This document shows positions 37,423 to 47,220 of a stretch of 64,000 bases of DNA, piece by piece. The first letter of the stretch is position 1; every line of letters begins with the position of its first letter. The stretch comes from an uncultured Candidatus Saccharibacteria bacterium (GTDB lineage: Bacteria; Patescibacteriota; Minisyncoccia; Phycocordibacterales; UBA5272). The translations under genes were made by a program, and so were the position numbers. The notes below the pieces were generated by a model, which was given only the letters and a program-made list of their open reading frames with translations, had not been told where the DNA came from and made no database searches. The stretch spans positions 67,732-131,731 of the forward strand of contig CAYJED010000001.1 in the NCBI GenBank assembly GCA_964369115.1, given 5' to 3'.

Positions 37423-38586
37423 ATGAACTTCAAATCAGGTACAAAATATAAGGCAGAAACACCAAGCGGACAGAAATATACCGCCTTTTTACCTGAACTT
37501 ATAAATAAAGAATTCACTTGGAAAGATCCGCAGATAGACCTACTACTTGAACAGGCCCGAGGTTGGATTGGTGAACTTAATGCCTATTCTAAATTAGTCC
37601 CTAACGTTGAATATTTTATTCAATCTCACGTAGCAAAAGAAGCCGAACAATCTAGTAGAATTGAGGGCACTAAAACTACTCTCGAAGAACTGTACCTAGA
37701 TATTGCAGACCTTACAGACAGTGAAAAAGTAAATGACCAAGAAGAAGTTAAGAACTACATTAAAGCACTCAATGAATCTGTAAAAGAATTAACTAGTGAA
37801 AGTGGCCTACCTTTGTGTACGAGACTTGTATGTGACACACATAAAATACTTCTATCGGGTGTTCGTGGGTATTCTCGCAATCCAGGTAAAATAAGAAAAA
37901 TACAAAATAAGATCGGAGGCGGACACGGCACTTTTGAAGATGCCGTGTTTATTCCACCGTCACCAGATAAAGTAGACGACCTGCTAAAGGATCTAGAAAA
38001 CTTTTGGAATAACAATGACTTACATATACCAAACCTTATAAAGACTGCATTGTCACACTACCAGTTTGAAACCATTCACCCATTCGAAGATGGTAACGGT
38101 CGTACAGGTCGCTTGATAATCATTCTTCAACTTATCTCATATAAGATGCTCGAGAAACCAACTCTCTACCTATCAGACTATTTCGAAAAGAATCGTCCCG
38201 CATACTACGATGCCCTATCAAGGGTACGTGAGTCACACGACATAGAGCACTGGATTAAGTTTTTCTTGATCGGAGTGGCCGACACTGCAAAGAAAGGTAA
38301 AGAAACACTAGAGAAGATAATCGACTTACGAATTAAGTACGAAACACTTATTAGTGGAGGTATCGGAGCAAAGAGACAAAAACTTGCACGAGAACTCATT
38401 GTGGCCCTCTTCGAGAAACCAGTGGTAACCGCAAAAGATGTTGAAAGCATATTAAATATTACTAAACCAACTGCCCACTCCCTCGTCGATGATCTAGAGC
38501 GAGTCGGAATACTAAAAGAAAAAACAGGGTTGTCTCGTAACAGAATATTCACCCTACACGAGTACTTAGCATTATTTAATAACTAA
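37423..38586 (+). CDS. Fic/DOC family protein (putative AMPylating toxin) with N-terminal inhibitory motif
   Basis: Canonical Fic motif HPFEDGNGRTGR and an upstream SxxxEG-type inhibitory helix motif (SSRIEGT). The C-terminal part is HTH-like. Confidence 0.85.
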   Translation: MNFKSGTKYKAETPSGQKYTAFLPELINKEFTWKDPQIDLLLEQARGWIGELNAYSKLVPNVEYFIQSHVAKEAEQSSRIEGTKTTLEELYLDIADLTDSEKVNDQEEVKNYIKALNESVKELTSESGLPLCTRLVCDTHKILLSGVRGYSRNPGKIRKIQNKIGGGHGTFEDAVFIPPSPDKVDDLLKDLENFWNNNDLHIPNLIKTALSHYQFETIHPFEDGNGRTGRLIIILQLISYKMLEKPTLYLSDYFEKNRPAYYDALSRVRESHDIEHWIKFFLIGVADTAKKGKETLEKIIDLRIKYETLISGGIGAKRQKLARELIVALFEKPVVTAKDVESILNITKPTAHSLVDDLERVGILKEKTGLSRNRIFTLHEYLALFNN

Positions 38587-38592
38587 AAACAT

Positions 38593-40575
38593 ATGGAAAA
38601 CTTCAATCAAAAAACTTCAATGATCTGGAACGTAGCCGACATACTACGTGGTGGATGGAAACAACACGAATACCAAGATGTAATCTTGCCACTTGTGGTG
38701 CTTAAGAGACTGGACTCTATTCTTACAGATACCAAACAAGCAGTACTCAACAAAAACGATGAGTATCAAGGAAAAATCAATGATTTAGACCCAATCCTAA
38801 AACGTACTTCAAAAGTAGAGTTCTACAACATATCAGCATATGACTTCAAACTACTTCTTAGTGATCCAAAGAATATTGCAAAAAACTTCAGACTCTACAT
38901 AACTGGATTCAGTAAGAATATTCAAGATATATTCGAGAAATTCAACTTCAATGTGCAACTAGAAAGACTGGAGGGTGGTGACATGTTGTTCTTGGTAATT
39001 CAAGAGTTAAACAAGATAGACCTACACCCATCAAAAGTAGATAACTATCAAATGGGACACATCTTCGAAGAACTCCTTCGTAAGTTCTCTGAAATGTCTA
39101 ACGAGACCGCTGGAGAGCACTACACACCAAGAGATGTAATCAATACAATGGTTGAGATACTCTTGTCTCCAGATGCAAAGGAACTAAAAAAGCCACATGT
39201 TATCAAAAAAATATACGATCCTGCTTGTGGTACAGGTGGAATGCTTACAACTGCAAAAGATTACATTATCGACAAAGTAAACAAAGAAGCAGATATATTC
39301 CTGTACGGTCAAGAACTAAACTCAGTCACATACGCTATAGCAAAATCAGACATCCTTATAAAGGGTGAAAATCCAGACTTGATACGTGGAGGAGAAAAGG
39401 ATCACTCACTTGCAAGTACGCTTTCCAACGATCAATTCTTTGGAGAGGTATTTGACTATGGAATTTCAAATCCTCCATACGGAGTAGACTGGAAGAAAGA
39501 TAAAGATGCAGTAGATCGTGAAGCATCACGTGGATACGCAGGCAGATTCGGAGCAGGTACGCCTCGTATATCAGATGGTCAGTTGCTATTCATGGAGCAT
39601 CTTGTCTCAAAAATGAAACCAGAAAGTGATGGAGGTTCTCGTATTGCAGTAGTTCATAATGGGTCACCTCTCTTCACTGGTGATGCAGGTAGCGGAGAAA
39701 GTGAAATACGTAGATGGATACTTGAGAAAGATTTACTAGAAACAATAGTGGCACTCCCTGATCAACTTTTCTATAACACAGGTATCAATACATACCTTTG
39801 GTTCGTATCAAATAGAAAATCAAAAGAAAGAAAAGGTAAAGTACAACTCATAGATGCACGTAACTTCTACAAGAAGATGCGTAAGAGTCTCGGCAATAAA
39901 CGCCACGAGATAGATACAGATTCTCAAAAGAAAATATTTGATCTATACAATTCATTTGAAGAAAATGAGCATTCAAAGATATTCAATACTACCGACTTTG
40001 CATACCGACAAATACAAATTGAAAGACCTCTAAAACTTTCATTTGATTTCAACGATGAAAAAATAAAAGAACTGCTAGTGCTATTTTCTACAGATACAGA
40101 TAAATCAGGTATCAAGTCGTTCATAGAATCCTTCAAGGGAGAAACTTATAACGACAGAAAGAAACTTGAGGATATTATAACCAAGCGTTCAAAAGAGTTC
40201 ATCACTGGAAAACTTGGAGCGGGAGTAATAAAGAAGTTTATTTTACTCTCTGGGACCAAAGATGAGAATGCAGAAACCTGTGTGGACAAAGATGGTAACC
40301 CTGAAGCCGATGGTGACTTACGTGATCACGAGAATGTGCCCTACGGCACCGACGTGAAGGAATACTTCGACAAAGAAGTAAAACCTTATATTAGTGATGC
40401 ATGGATCAATGAATCGGTCCGAGACCACAAGGATAATCAGGTGGGTGTAGTTGGCTACGAAATACCCTTCACAAGATACTTCTATAAGTATGAAGCACCG
40501 AGAAGTCTTGAAGCAATAGAAAAAGATATTGAAGAGGTCGAAAATGAACTTCTAACCTTGCTTAAGCAATTATAA
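38593..40575 (+). CDS. hsdM: Type I restriction-modification system methyltransferase subunit
   Basis: HsdM N-terminal domain, SAM-binding region and NPPYG catalytic motif (ISNPPYGVDW). 660 aa with a C-terminal extension. Confidence 0.9.
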   Translation: MENFNQKTSMIWNVADILRGGWKQHEYQDVILPLVVLKRLDSILTDTKQAVLNKNDEYQGKINDLDPILKRTSKVEFYNISAYDFKLLLSDPKNIAKNFRLYITGFSKNIQDIFEKFNFNVQLERLEGGDMLFLVIQELNKIDLHPSKVDNYQMGHIFEELLRKFSEMSNETAGEHYTPRDVINTMVEILLSPDAKELKKPHVIKKIYDPACGTGGMLTTAKDYIIDKVNKEADIFLYGQELNSVTYAIAKSDILIKGENPDLIRGGEKDHSLASTLSNDQFFGEVFDYGISNPPYGVDWKKDKDAVDREASRGYAGRFGAGTPRISDGQLLFMEHLVSKMKPESDGGSRIAVVHNGSPLFTGDAGSGESEIRRWILEKDLLETIVALPDQLFYNTGINTYLWFVSNRKSKERKGKVQLIDARNFYKKMRKSLGNKRHEIDTDSQKKIFDLYNSFEENEHSKIFNTTDFAYRQIQIERPLKLSFDFNDEKIKELLVLFSTDTDKSGIKSFIESFKGETYNDRKKLEDIITKRSKEFITGKLGAGVIKKFILLSGTKDENAETCVDKDGNPEADGDLRDHENVPYGTDVKEYFDKEVKPYISDAWINESVRDHKDNQVGVVGYEIPFTRYFYKYEAPRSLEAIEKDIEEVENELLTLLKQL

Positions 40576-40579
40576 TTAT

Positions 40580-41782
40580 ATGAAAGAAGAAACAAAAAAT
40601 ATAATATGCCCTGAATGCGGAACATCAATATCAATCGATGATGCTTTAACGCACCAGATTGAAAACAAACTCAAGAAAGAATATGAGGACAAAGAAAAAT
40701 CAATAAGAGAATCTATTGAAAAAGAATCTTCAAAGAAACTTGAGCAAGATAAGGTAGAAATGGAAAAGAAATTAAAAGCACAGGTCCTAAAAGATACTGA
40801 GGCAGAAAAGGTAGCATCCAATGAAAAAAATAAACTCCTTGAAGAACAACTTGCTGATAAAGAGGCAAAACTAAAAGAAGCACGTCAGAATGAAGTTGCT
40901 CTCATAAAAGAGAAGCAGAAACTAAAGGATGATCAGGAGGCATTCGAATTAGAAAAGACACGCCAACTTGCAGAGGAAAGAAAGCAAATAGAAGAAGATG
41001 CTTCAAGGAAAGCCACTGATGCAAAGCAATCTGAAATCGATCAACTTAACAAGAAACTATCTGATGCTACAAAAGCAAAAGATGAATTAGCAAGAAAACT
41101 AGAACAAGGGTCACAGCAGACCCAAGGCGAGGTCCAAGAACTGGCCCTAGAAGAACTCCTTAAGGAGGCATTCATCTATGACGACGTATCTCCTGTTGGA
41201 AAAGGTGTTACTGGTGCAGACGTTATACAAACTGTCAAAACAAAGTCTGGTGTTGAATGCGGGAAAATAATCTGGGAATCAAAGAAAACTAAAACATGGA
41301 CCGAGGGATGGATACAGAAATTGAAAGATGACCAGAGACAGGTTAAAGCAGATCTTGCGGTTATTGTTACATCTGCTATGCCTCAAGGAACTAGTGGTAT
41401 CACCCAGAAAGATGGTGTATGGATTTGTGATATCAAATTGGCTCTATCAATAGCAACACTACTGAGACACTCACTTGAGACAGTAGCCAGAGAAAAGTCT
41501 ATGTCTGTAGGTAAGAATGAGAAAGTTGAAATCCTATACGCATACCTCACAGGCACAGAGTTCAAACAAAGAATCGAAGTGATAGTAGAGACATTTTCTA
41601 GTATGAAAACTTCTCTTGATAAAGAGAAACTTTACTTCACCAAAACTTGGGCAGAAAAAGAGAAACAAATAGATCGAGTTATACAAAATACTGTAGGCAT
41701 CTACGGTGATCTTAGCGGTGTCGTTCAATTGCAAAAAATTGAGTCACTTGAATTACCAAGCGGAGTAGATAAAGAAGAATAA
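40580..41782 (+). CDS. Zn-ribbon + long coiled-coil + C-terminal putative PD-(D/E)xK-like domain protein (DUF2130-like) embedded in the R-M operon
   Basis: CPECGTSI zinc ribbon, about 200 aa of K/E-rich coiled coil, and a C-terminal GADVIQTV...KIIWESKKTK segment compatible with D...ExK nuclease core motifs. Confidence 0.55.
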   Translation: MKEETKNIICPECGTSISIDDALTHQIENKLKKEYEDKEKSIRESIEKESSKKLEQDKVEMEKKLKAQVLKDTEAEKVASNEKNKLLEEQLADKEAKLKEARQNEVALIKEKQKLKDDQEAFELEKTRQLAEERKQIEEDASRKATDAKQSEIDQLNKKLSDATKAKDELARKLEQGSQQTQGEVQELALEELLKEAFIYDDVSPVGKGVTGADVIQTVKTKSGVECGKIIWESKKTKTWTEGWIQKLKDDQRQVKADLAVIVTSAMPQGTSGITQKDGVWICDIKLALSIATLLRHSLETVAREKSMSVGKNEKVEILYAYLTGTEFKQRIEVIVETFSSMKTSLDKEKLYFTKTWAEKEKQIDRVIQNTVGIYGDLSGVVQLQKIESLELPSGVDKEE

Positions 41783-41783
41783 T

Positions 41784-43070
41784 ATGCAAACACTCAAACT
41801 CACAAAAAAATATGAGACATACCCTGAATACAAAGATTCGGGTGTTGAGTGGTTGGGTATGATTCCGAAAGATTGGAAATACAAAAAACTAAAATCATTT
41901 TTCTCACTAAGTAATGAAAAAGTTGCTGAGAATCCAGAAATCACAACCATTCTTTCTGTCTCAGGTTACAGAGGTGTAGAAATTAGAAAAAATACTGAGA
42001 CTTTTGATGGACAAATGCCATCAGAAAATGTTGATGCATATAGAATTGTAAGAAAAAACCAACTAGTAGTTAATACTATGTGGCTTAACTTTACTGGACT
42101 GGGTGTATCAAATTATGAAGGGTACGTTAGTCCTGCATATAGGGCGTACAACATATCGAAAGAAATGCTCCCAGAATATGTAAATCATTTAATGAGATCT
42201 ACTGCTTATGTTCAAAAATATTCTAGTCTATTATACGGAATGCGACCAAATTCTCTTCAGGTGAAGCCGTATGATTTCGAAAAGATTGAAATATTGTATC
42301 CAGATATAAAAGAACAAAAACGTATTTCAATGTACCTTGATAAAAAAACTACTCTCATTGATCAGATAATAGAAAGAAAAGAAGCACTAATTGTTATCTT
42401 ACGGGAAAAAAGAAATGCTACGATAAGCAAGCAAATAGTTGAAAATACTGGAAAAGATTGGAAAGTTAAAAAAATTAAGCACCTAGTTAAATCAATTGAA
42501 TCTGGAATATGGGGAGACAATCCATTATCTAATAAAGATGACATTAAGTGTTTACGTATTGCTGATTTTGATTATGACAACTTCAGTTACTCTACAGTTG
42601 AAACAATAAGGAATAATTCAAACCTACAGGAAAGAAAGGTTCTCAGAAAAGGAGATATTCTTATGGAAAAATCTGGTGGCGGTGAAAAGACTCCAGTCGG
42701 TCGTGCGATATTGTTTTCCTCTGACGAAAGAATGGTTTGTGCAAACTTTATAGATAAAGTACGTGTTGATAAAGAAAAAATACTCCCAGAGTTCTTAGTC
42801 CTATACCTATCGGTGCTTTATGCAGGTAGAGTAAACACAAAATATATTAAACAAAACACTGGTATCCAGAATATGGATATTAAAGAATACTTTGGAGAGA
42901 ATATTTCCTACCCTGATATTAAAACCCAGAAAAATTTAACGGAATTTGTTAACGCTAAGATTAGTGCTTTTAACAAAGCAATTTCTGATGTAGAAAAAAC
43001 CATTGAAACATTAAAGGAGTTCAAGACTTCTCTTATTTCCAATGCAGTAACAGGAAAAATCAAAGTATAA
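41784..43070 (+). CDS. hsdS: Type I R-M specificity subunit
   Basis: Two target-recognition-domain halves separated and followed by conserved coiled-coil regions. 428 aa. Placed between hsdM and hsdR. Confidence 0.85.
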   Translation: MQTLKLTKKYETYPEYKDSGVEWLGMIPKDWKYKKLKSFFSLSNEKVAENPEITTILSVSGYRGVEIRKNTETFDGQMPSENVDAYRIVRKNQLVVNTMWLNFTGLGVSNYEGYVSPAYRAYNISKEMLPEYVNHLMRSTAYVQKYSSLLYGMRPNSLQVKPYDFEKIEILYPDIKEQKRISMYLDKKTTLIDQIIERKEALIVILREKRNATISKQIVENTGKDWKVKKIKHLVKSIESGIWGDNPLSNKDDIKCLRIADFDYDNFSYSTVETIRNNSNLQERKVLRKGDILMEKSGGGEKTPVGRAILFSSDERMVCANFIDKVRVDKEKILPEFLVLYLSVLYAGRVNTKYIKQNTGIQNMDIKEYFGENISYPDIKTQKNLTEFVNAKISAFNKAISDVEKTIETLKEFKTSLISNAVTGKIKV

Positions 43071-43074
43071 ATAT

Positions 43075-43707
43075 ATGGCAAAAATTGAGATAAACAAAAC
43101 ACACATAGACGCACTAAAGAAACAGAAAAGGACTGTGGGTCTTTTGCAATTTCAAAATAGAGACGATCAAAACTTTTCAAAATGGTATTCACTTACAGAA
43201 AACTTGATAATTAAATCTTTTGGACAAAAGTCTAATCAACTTGGGCAACTTACATCCCTATATCATAAAATGCCAAGAACCGAAGACTTAAAGTATGAAT
43301 TTGATAGAGGTAGATTGGATATAAAAGATTGTAAAGAAAAATTAAAAGACTTGCTTGAAAACTTAATAGCCGAACTGGAATTGGATCTTGCTTCTGAAAA
43401 TGAAGACACAAAAGATAAGCCAACCAAAAAAGGTACATCTATAAAGATCAAAAATAGTCAAACGCAAACGCAAACCATAAATATTACACTGACAATAGAT
43501 CAAATAATTAATAGAATTAAAGAAACAGAATCAGACCCACAAAGAGTCTCGGAAGCAGAAGTAAAATTAAAAGAATTAGATTCTGAATTAAAATCAAAAT
43601 CTCCAGTATGGTCGAAAGTAAAAGACGCTCTAATATGGTTACTGAATTTCGGAAGAGACACATTTTTACAGGTCTTACCCATTATCTTAGAAAGATACAA
43701 ACAGTAA
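43075..43707 (+). CDS. Hypothetical protein (210 aa) between hsdS and hsdR
   Basis: ORF with tight spacing to its neighbours (4-5 nt gaps). Predicted helical; no known motifs. Confidence 0.5.
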   Translation: MAKIEINKTHIDALKKQKRTVGLLQFQNRDDQNFSKWYSLTENLIIKSFGQKSNQLGQLTSLYHKMPRTEDLKYEFDRGRLDIKDCKEKLKDLLENLIAELELDLASENEDTKDKPTKKGTSIKIKNSQTQTQTINITLTIDQIINRIKETESDPQRVSEAEVKLKELDSELKSKSPVWSKVKDALIWLLNFGRDTFLQVLPIILERYKQ

Positions 43708-43708
43708 T

Positions 43709-46690
43709 ATGAAAACACTAACAAACACAAAAGAATCAGGATTCGAAGAGTTCATACAAAATGAACTTGAGAAGATGCATGGATACAAAATCCGCTCATC
43801 ACATCTCTATGACAAGAAACTCTGTATGGATACAGAACTTGTTATTGAGTTCATAGAAAAAACCCAACCTCAAGCATGGGAGAAACTTTCTGAACAGTAT
43901 GGAGAGAACGTAAAGGCAAAAGTTCTGCAGAGAATAGACGAGGAAGTAGACTCACGTGGGATACTCTCAGTATTTCGTGAGGGCATCACAGATAGAGGTG
44001 TGCGTTTCAAACTTGCATTCTTACAACCACAGAATGATTTGAATCCAGAACTAATGCAGGAATATGCTGGGAATATTTTGAGCGTGACTCGCCAAGTGAA
44101 GTACAGTGAGCAGAATGAGAACTCGCTCGACGTGGTCCTATTTATAAATGGATTACCAGTATTCACTCTCGAACTTAAGAATCAATTCACAGGTCAGAAT
44201 GTTATACACGCTATCCATCAATACAAAACAAGTCGAGACCAAAAGGAGAAACTTTTGTCGTTTAAGCGATGCATCACACACTTTGCAGTTGATACAGATC
44301 AAGTGTATATGACAACTCGTCTTACTGGACTCACTACGTACTTTTTACCTTTCAACAAAGGAGACAAAGGTTCATCTGGTAACCCGACAGCACCTGAGGG
44401 TAAATACAAAACTCATTACTTGTGGGAAGAGATTTTCTCAAAGGATATGGTGTTTGATTTGATTGGAAATTTCATACAAGATGTCACTGAAGAAAAAGTA
44501 GATAAGAATGGAAAGAAGCGAAAAGAAGAGAAACTTATCTTCCCTCGATATCATCAACTAGATACTGTGAACCGAATACTAACTCATGTAAAAGCAAATG
44601 GGACTGGTAATAACTACCTCATACAACACAGTGCAGGATCAGGGAAAAGTAATACTATCGCTTGGACCGCACACCGTTTGGCGGAATTACACGATCAAAG
44701 CAATAAACCGATTTTTGATGGGGTTATAGTGGTTACCGACCGAAGAGTGCTAGATAGCCAGTTGTCGGCCACTGTGGACAGTTTTAGCCAAGTTGGAGGG
44801 GTCGTAAAGCACGTAGAGAGTTCTGCTGACCTCAAAGGAGCACTTGAGGGTGGAGTTAAGATCATTACGAGTACTCTACAGAAATTCCCAGTTATCGTTA
44901 GTTCTATAGAAAAGACTGAGGGTAGAAAATTTGCTGTTATCGTTGATGAAGCACACTCGTCACAGTCAGGAGAAAGTTCAGCGGATTTGAGACAGGTGCT
45001 TACTCTTGATGATGCTGTAACGCAAGAAGAAAAAGAAGAGAAGTTATTTAAGACAGTCGAAGATCTTCTTAATGAAAGAATGAAATCAAGAAAGGTTACT
45101 TCACCGAACCTGAGTTTTTTTGCATTTACGGCTACACCAAAACAAAAGACAATTGAACTCTTTGGAACTCAAGATGTGGTTACAGGTAAATTCATCCCTT
45201 TTTCTCTTTATTCAATGAAACAAGCGATTGAAGAAAAGTTCATCTTAGATGTGCTTAAAAACTACACAACCTACGAAACATACTTCGGTCTCTTAAAGAA
45301 GATTGAAGATGACCCAGAGTTCAATAAGAAAAAGGCACAGAGACTACTAATTGGATATGTAGAAAGAAATGAACATGCGATCTTGAAAAAGGTAGCAATC
45401 ATGACTGAGCATTTCGAACAGAAGATCTCAAAACTAATTGGAGGTAAAGCCAAGGCAATGATAGTAACTAAATCACGTTTACATGCCGTGAGATATAAAC
45501 TTGCCTTCGATGCTTACTTAAAGGAAAAAGGTTATGAGCATAAATCCCTTGTTGCTTTCTCTGGTAGTGTTGTTGATCCTGATACAAAACTTGAATATAC
45601 AGAAACTCAAATGAATCATATTCCAGAAAGCCAAACTGCTGAAGAATTCAAGAAAGATGAGTACAAATTCTTAATTGTTGCAGAGAAGTTTCAGACTGGA
45701 TTTGATCAACCGTTACTATCTGCAATGTATGTAGATAAGAAATTAGGAGGCGTAAATGCTGTGCAGACTCTTTCTCGTTTGAACCGCACAACATACGGAA
45801 AAGAAGATACTTTTGTACTAGACTTCTTTAACAAGACAGACGATATCAAGGAAGCATTCCAACCGTACTATACTACTACCGTACTTTCTGAAGCGACAAA
45901 TCCTAACTTATTACATAACCTCGAAAGAGAAGTTCGTGGGTTCAAGTTGTTTACCGACTTTGAGTTGAATGGATTTGTGGAAGAACTCTTTGGAGGTGCA
46001 ACCCCAGACAAACTAAATCACATAATAGATGTGATAGTTGAAAGAGCATTATCCGAAAAAGATGCGGAAGAAATTGAAAGTTTCAAGTCAGTAATTTATG
46101 ACTACTTGAAGAAGTATTCATTTATCTCACAGATCGTAACCTTTGAGGACCCTCAACTAGAGAAGTTGTATATATTCCTAAAGTTCTTGATAAAGAAACT
46201 TCCAAGACGAGAAAACCCTCTGCCAGTAGAGGTCCTTGAGGCAATTGATATGGAAACATACAAGATAGATAAAAAAGGAGAAACTGATGTGATGCTTGAA
46301 AATAAAGATGGAGAACTAGACCCTATGACTGGTGGAGGTGGTAAAAAAACTGGAGGAGATGAAGAGGAAGATGCATTATCTAAGATAATTAAGGAGATAA
46401 ATGAACGATACGGAACAAACTTTAGCGATAATGACAAAGTTATACTTAATGACCTAAGTGCAAAACTACTAAAGAGTACAATTCTTCAAGGTTCAATACA
46501 AAACAACAGTAAGGATTCTGCGAAGTTGAAGTTCGATCAACTCTTCCAAGACGAACTAGTTGGGATGCTTGATAACCACTTTAACCTCTACCAGAAACTG
46601 GACCAAAGCCCAGAATTAAAGAAATTCGTACAGGAGAAAGTCTTTGAACATGTGGTAAAGAAGATGAACACCAATAAAACAAAGGATTAA
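43709..46690 (+). CDS. hsdR: Type I restriction enzyme R subunit
   Basis: N-terminal nuclease domain, SF2 helicase motifs (HSAGSGKSNT Walker A; VIVDEAHSSQ DEAH box), C-terminal domain. 993 aa. Confidence 0.9.
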   Translation: MKTLTNTKESGFEEFIQNELEKMHGYKIRSSHLYDKKLCMDTELVIEFIEKTQPQAWEKLSEQYGENVKAKVLQRIDEEVDSRGILSVFREGITDRGVRFKLAFLQPQNDLNPELMQEYAGNILSVTRQVKYSEQNENSLDVVLFINGLPVFTLELKNQFTGQNVIHAIHQYKTSRDQKEKLLSFKRCITHFAVDTDQVYMTTRLTGLTTYFLPFNKGDKGSSGNPTAPEGKYKTHYLWEEIFSKDMVFDLIGNFIQDVTEEKVDKNGKKRKEEKLIFPRYHQLDTVNRILTHVKANGTGNNYLIQHSAGSGKSNTIAWTAHRLAELHDQSNKPIFDGVIVVTDRRVLDSQLSATVDSFSQVGGVVKHVESSADLKGALEGGVKIITSTLQKFPVIVSSIEKTEGRKFAVIVDEAHSSQSGESSADLRQVLTLDDAVTQEEKEEKLFKTVEDLLNERMKSRKVTSPNLSFFAFTATPKQKTIELFGTQDVVTGKFIPFSLYSMKQAIEEKFILDVLKNYTTYETYFGLLKKIEDDPEFNKKKAQRLLIGYVERNEHAILKKVAIMTEHFEQKISKLIGGKAKAMIVTKSRLHAVRYKLAFDAYLKEKGYEHKSLVAFSGSVVDPDTKLEYTETQMNHIPESQTAEEFKKDEYKFLIVAEKFQTGFDQPLLSAMYVDKKLGGVNAVQTLSRLNRTTYGKEDTFVLDFFNKTDDIKEAFQPYYTTTVLSEATNPNLLHNLEREVRGFKLFTDFELNGFVEELFGGATPDKLNHIIDVIVERALSEKDAEEIESFKSVIYDYLKKYSFISQIVTFEDPQLEKLYIFLKFLIKKLPRRENPLPVEVLEAIDMETYKIDKKGETDVMLENKDGELDPMTGGGGKKTGGDEEEDALSKIIKEINERYGTNFSDNDKVILNDLSAKLLKSTILQGSIQNNSKDSAKLKFDQLFQDELVGMLDNHFNLYQKLDQSPELKKFVQEKVFEHVVKKMNTNKTKD

Positions 46691-46763
46691 AGACTATTTT
46701 CCTCTATCACAGCAATTCGCACATCGTCCCACACTCGGAGCAAAAAGTAAAATCCTCAGGTTT

Positions 46764-46808
46764 CATGCCTGAGGATTTTACTTTTTGTTTCAATCGAAGC
46801 AAGTGACC
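46764..46808 (+). terminator. Strong rho-independent terminator after hsdR
   Basis: aaagtaaaatcctcagg-tttcatg-cctgaggattttacttt perfect 17-bp stem followed by ttgtttc. Confidence 0.65.
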
Positions 46809-46904
46809 TGCGTCACTTGCGTGTAGGGTCGAATAGGGCTCGCGAATCTGCTTCGAGGAGTTTACGACGAGGCAGATTTGTGAGAGATCCCTACTCGCGG
46901 AGCA
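46809..46904 (+). repeat. Structured arm plus 19-nt tRNA-3' core, copy A (att-like junction)
   Basis: gcaagtgac-ctgc-gtcacttgc hairpin, then aatctgcttcg...cgaggcagatt hairpin, ending in gatccctactcgcggagca (46886-46904). Confidence 0.7.
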
Positions 46905-46908
46905 AAGG

Positions 46909-46937
46909 TTGACAATAACCAAATTATAATGTATAAT
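46909..46937 (+). promoter_or_regulatory. Consensus sigma70-type promoter
   Basis: TTGACA (46909-46914), 17 nt, TATAAT (46932-46937). Confidence 0.5.
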
Positions 46938-46967
46938 ATGGTTATTGTTCTATTTTAGGAGTTTCGT

Positions 46968-47180
46968 ATGTATATGGGAAAGTTTGTTTGCGGAAATCCT
47001 GTTTGCAAAAAAGTTTTTGCTGGCAGTGACGATGGATTCTCTGTGAGTGAGTGTCCGCACTGTGGTGCTGGCGCAAACTCTGTTCACCCTGAACCGGAAC
47101 GCACTGACCGAGGTATTGAGCAAGTTGACTACGATGCTCGTAAGGAGCTGTACCAACAGCAACGTTTCGCTGGTTGGTAA
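46968..47180 (+). CDS. Small zinc-ribbon protein (70 aa)
   Basis: AGGAG SD. CGNPVCKK ... CPHCG two CxxC pairs. Confidence 0.5.
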   Translation: MYMGKFVCGNPVCKKVFAGSDDGFSVSECPHCGAGANSVHPEPERTDRGIEQVDYDARKELYQQQRFAGW

Positions 47181-47183
47181 ATT

Positions 47184-47220
47184 ACCGCCCGAGCAAAAAA
47201 ACTGCTTCGGTGGTTTTTTT
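47184..47220 (+). terminator. Terminator hairpin (paralogous to 48664-48702)
   Basis: accgcccgagca-aaaaaac-tgcttcggtgg followed by ttttttt. Confidence 0.5.

Noticed and set aside
46727-46745. cccacactcggagcaaaaa as the true attR of the 14-kb island
   Set aside because: Only a degenerate match to the 19-mer (several mismatches or indels). The perfect copy at 46886-46904 is the better boundary candidate. Mentioned as a possible older scar.
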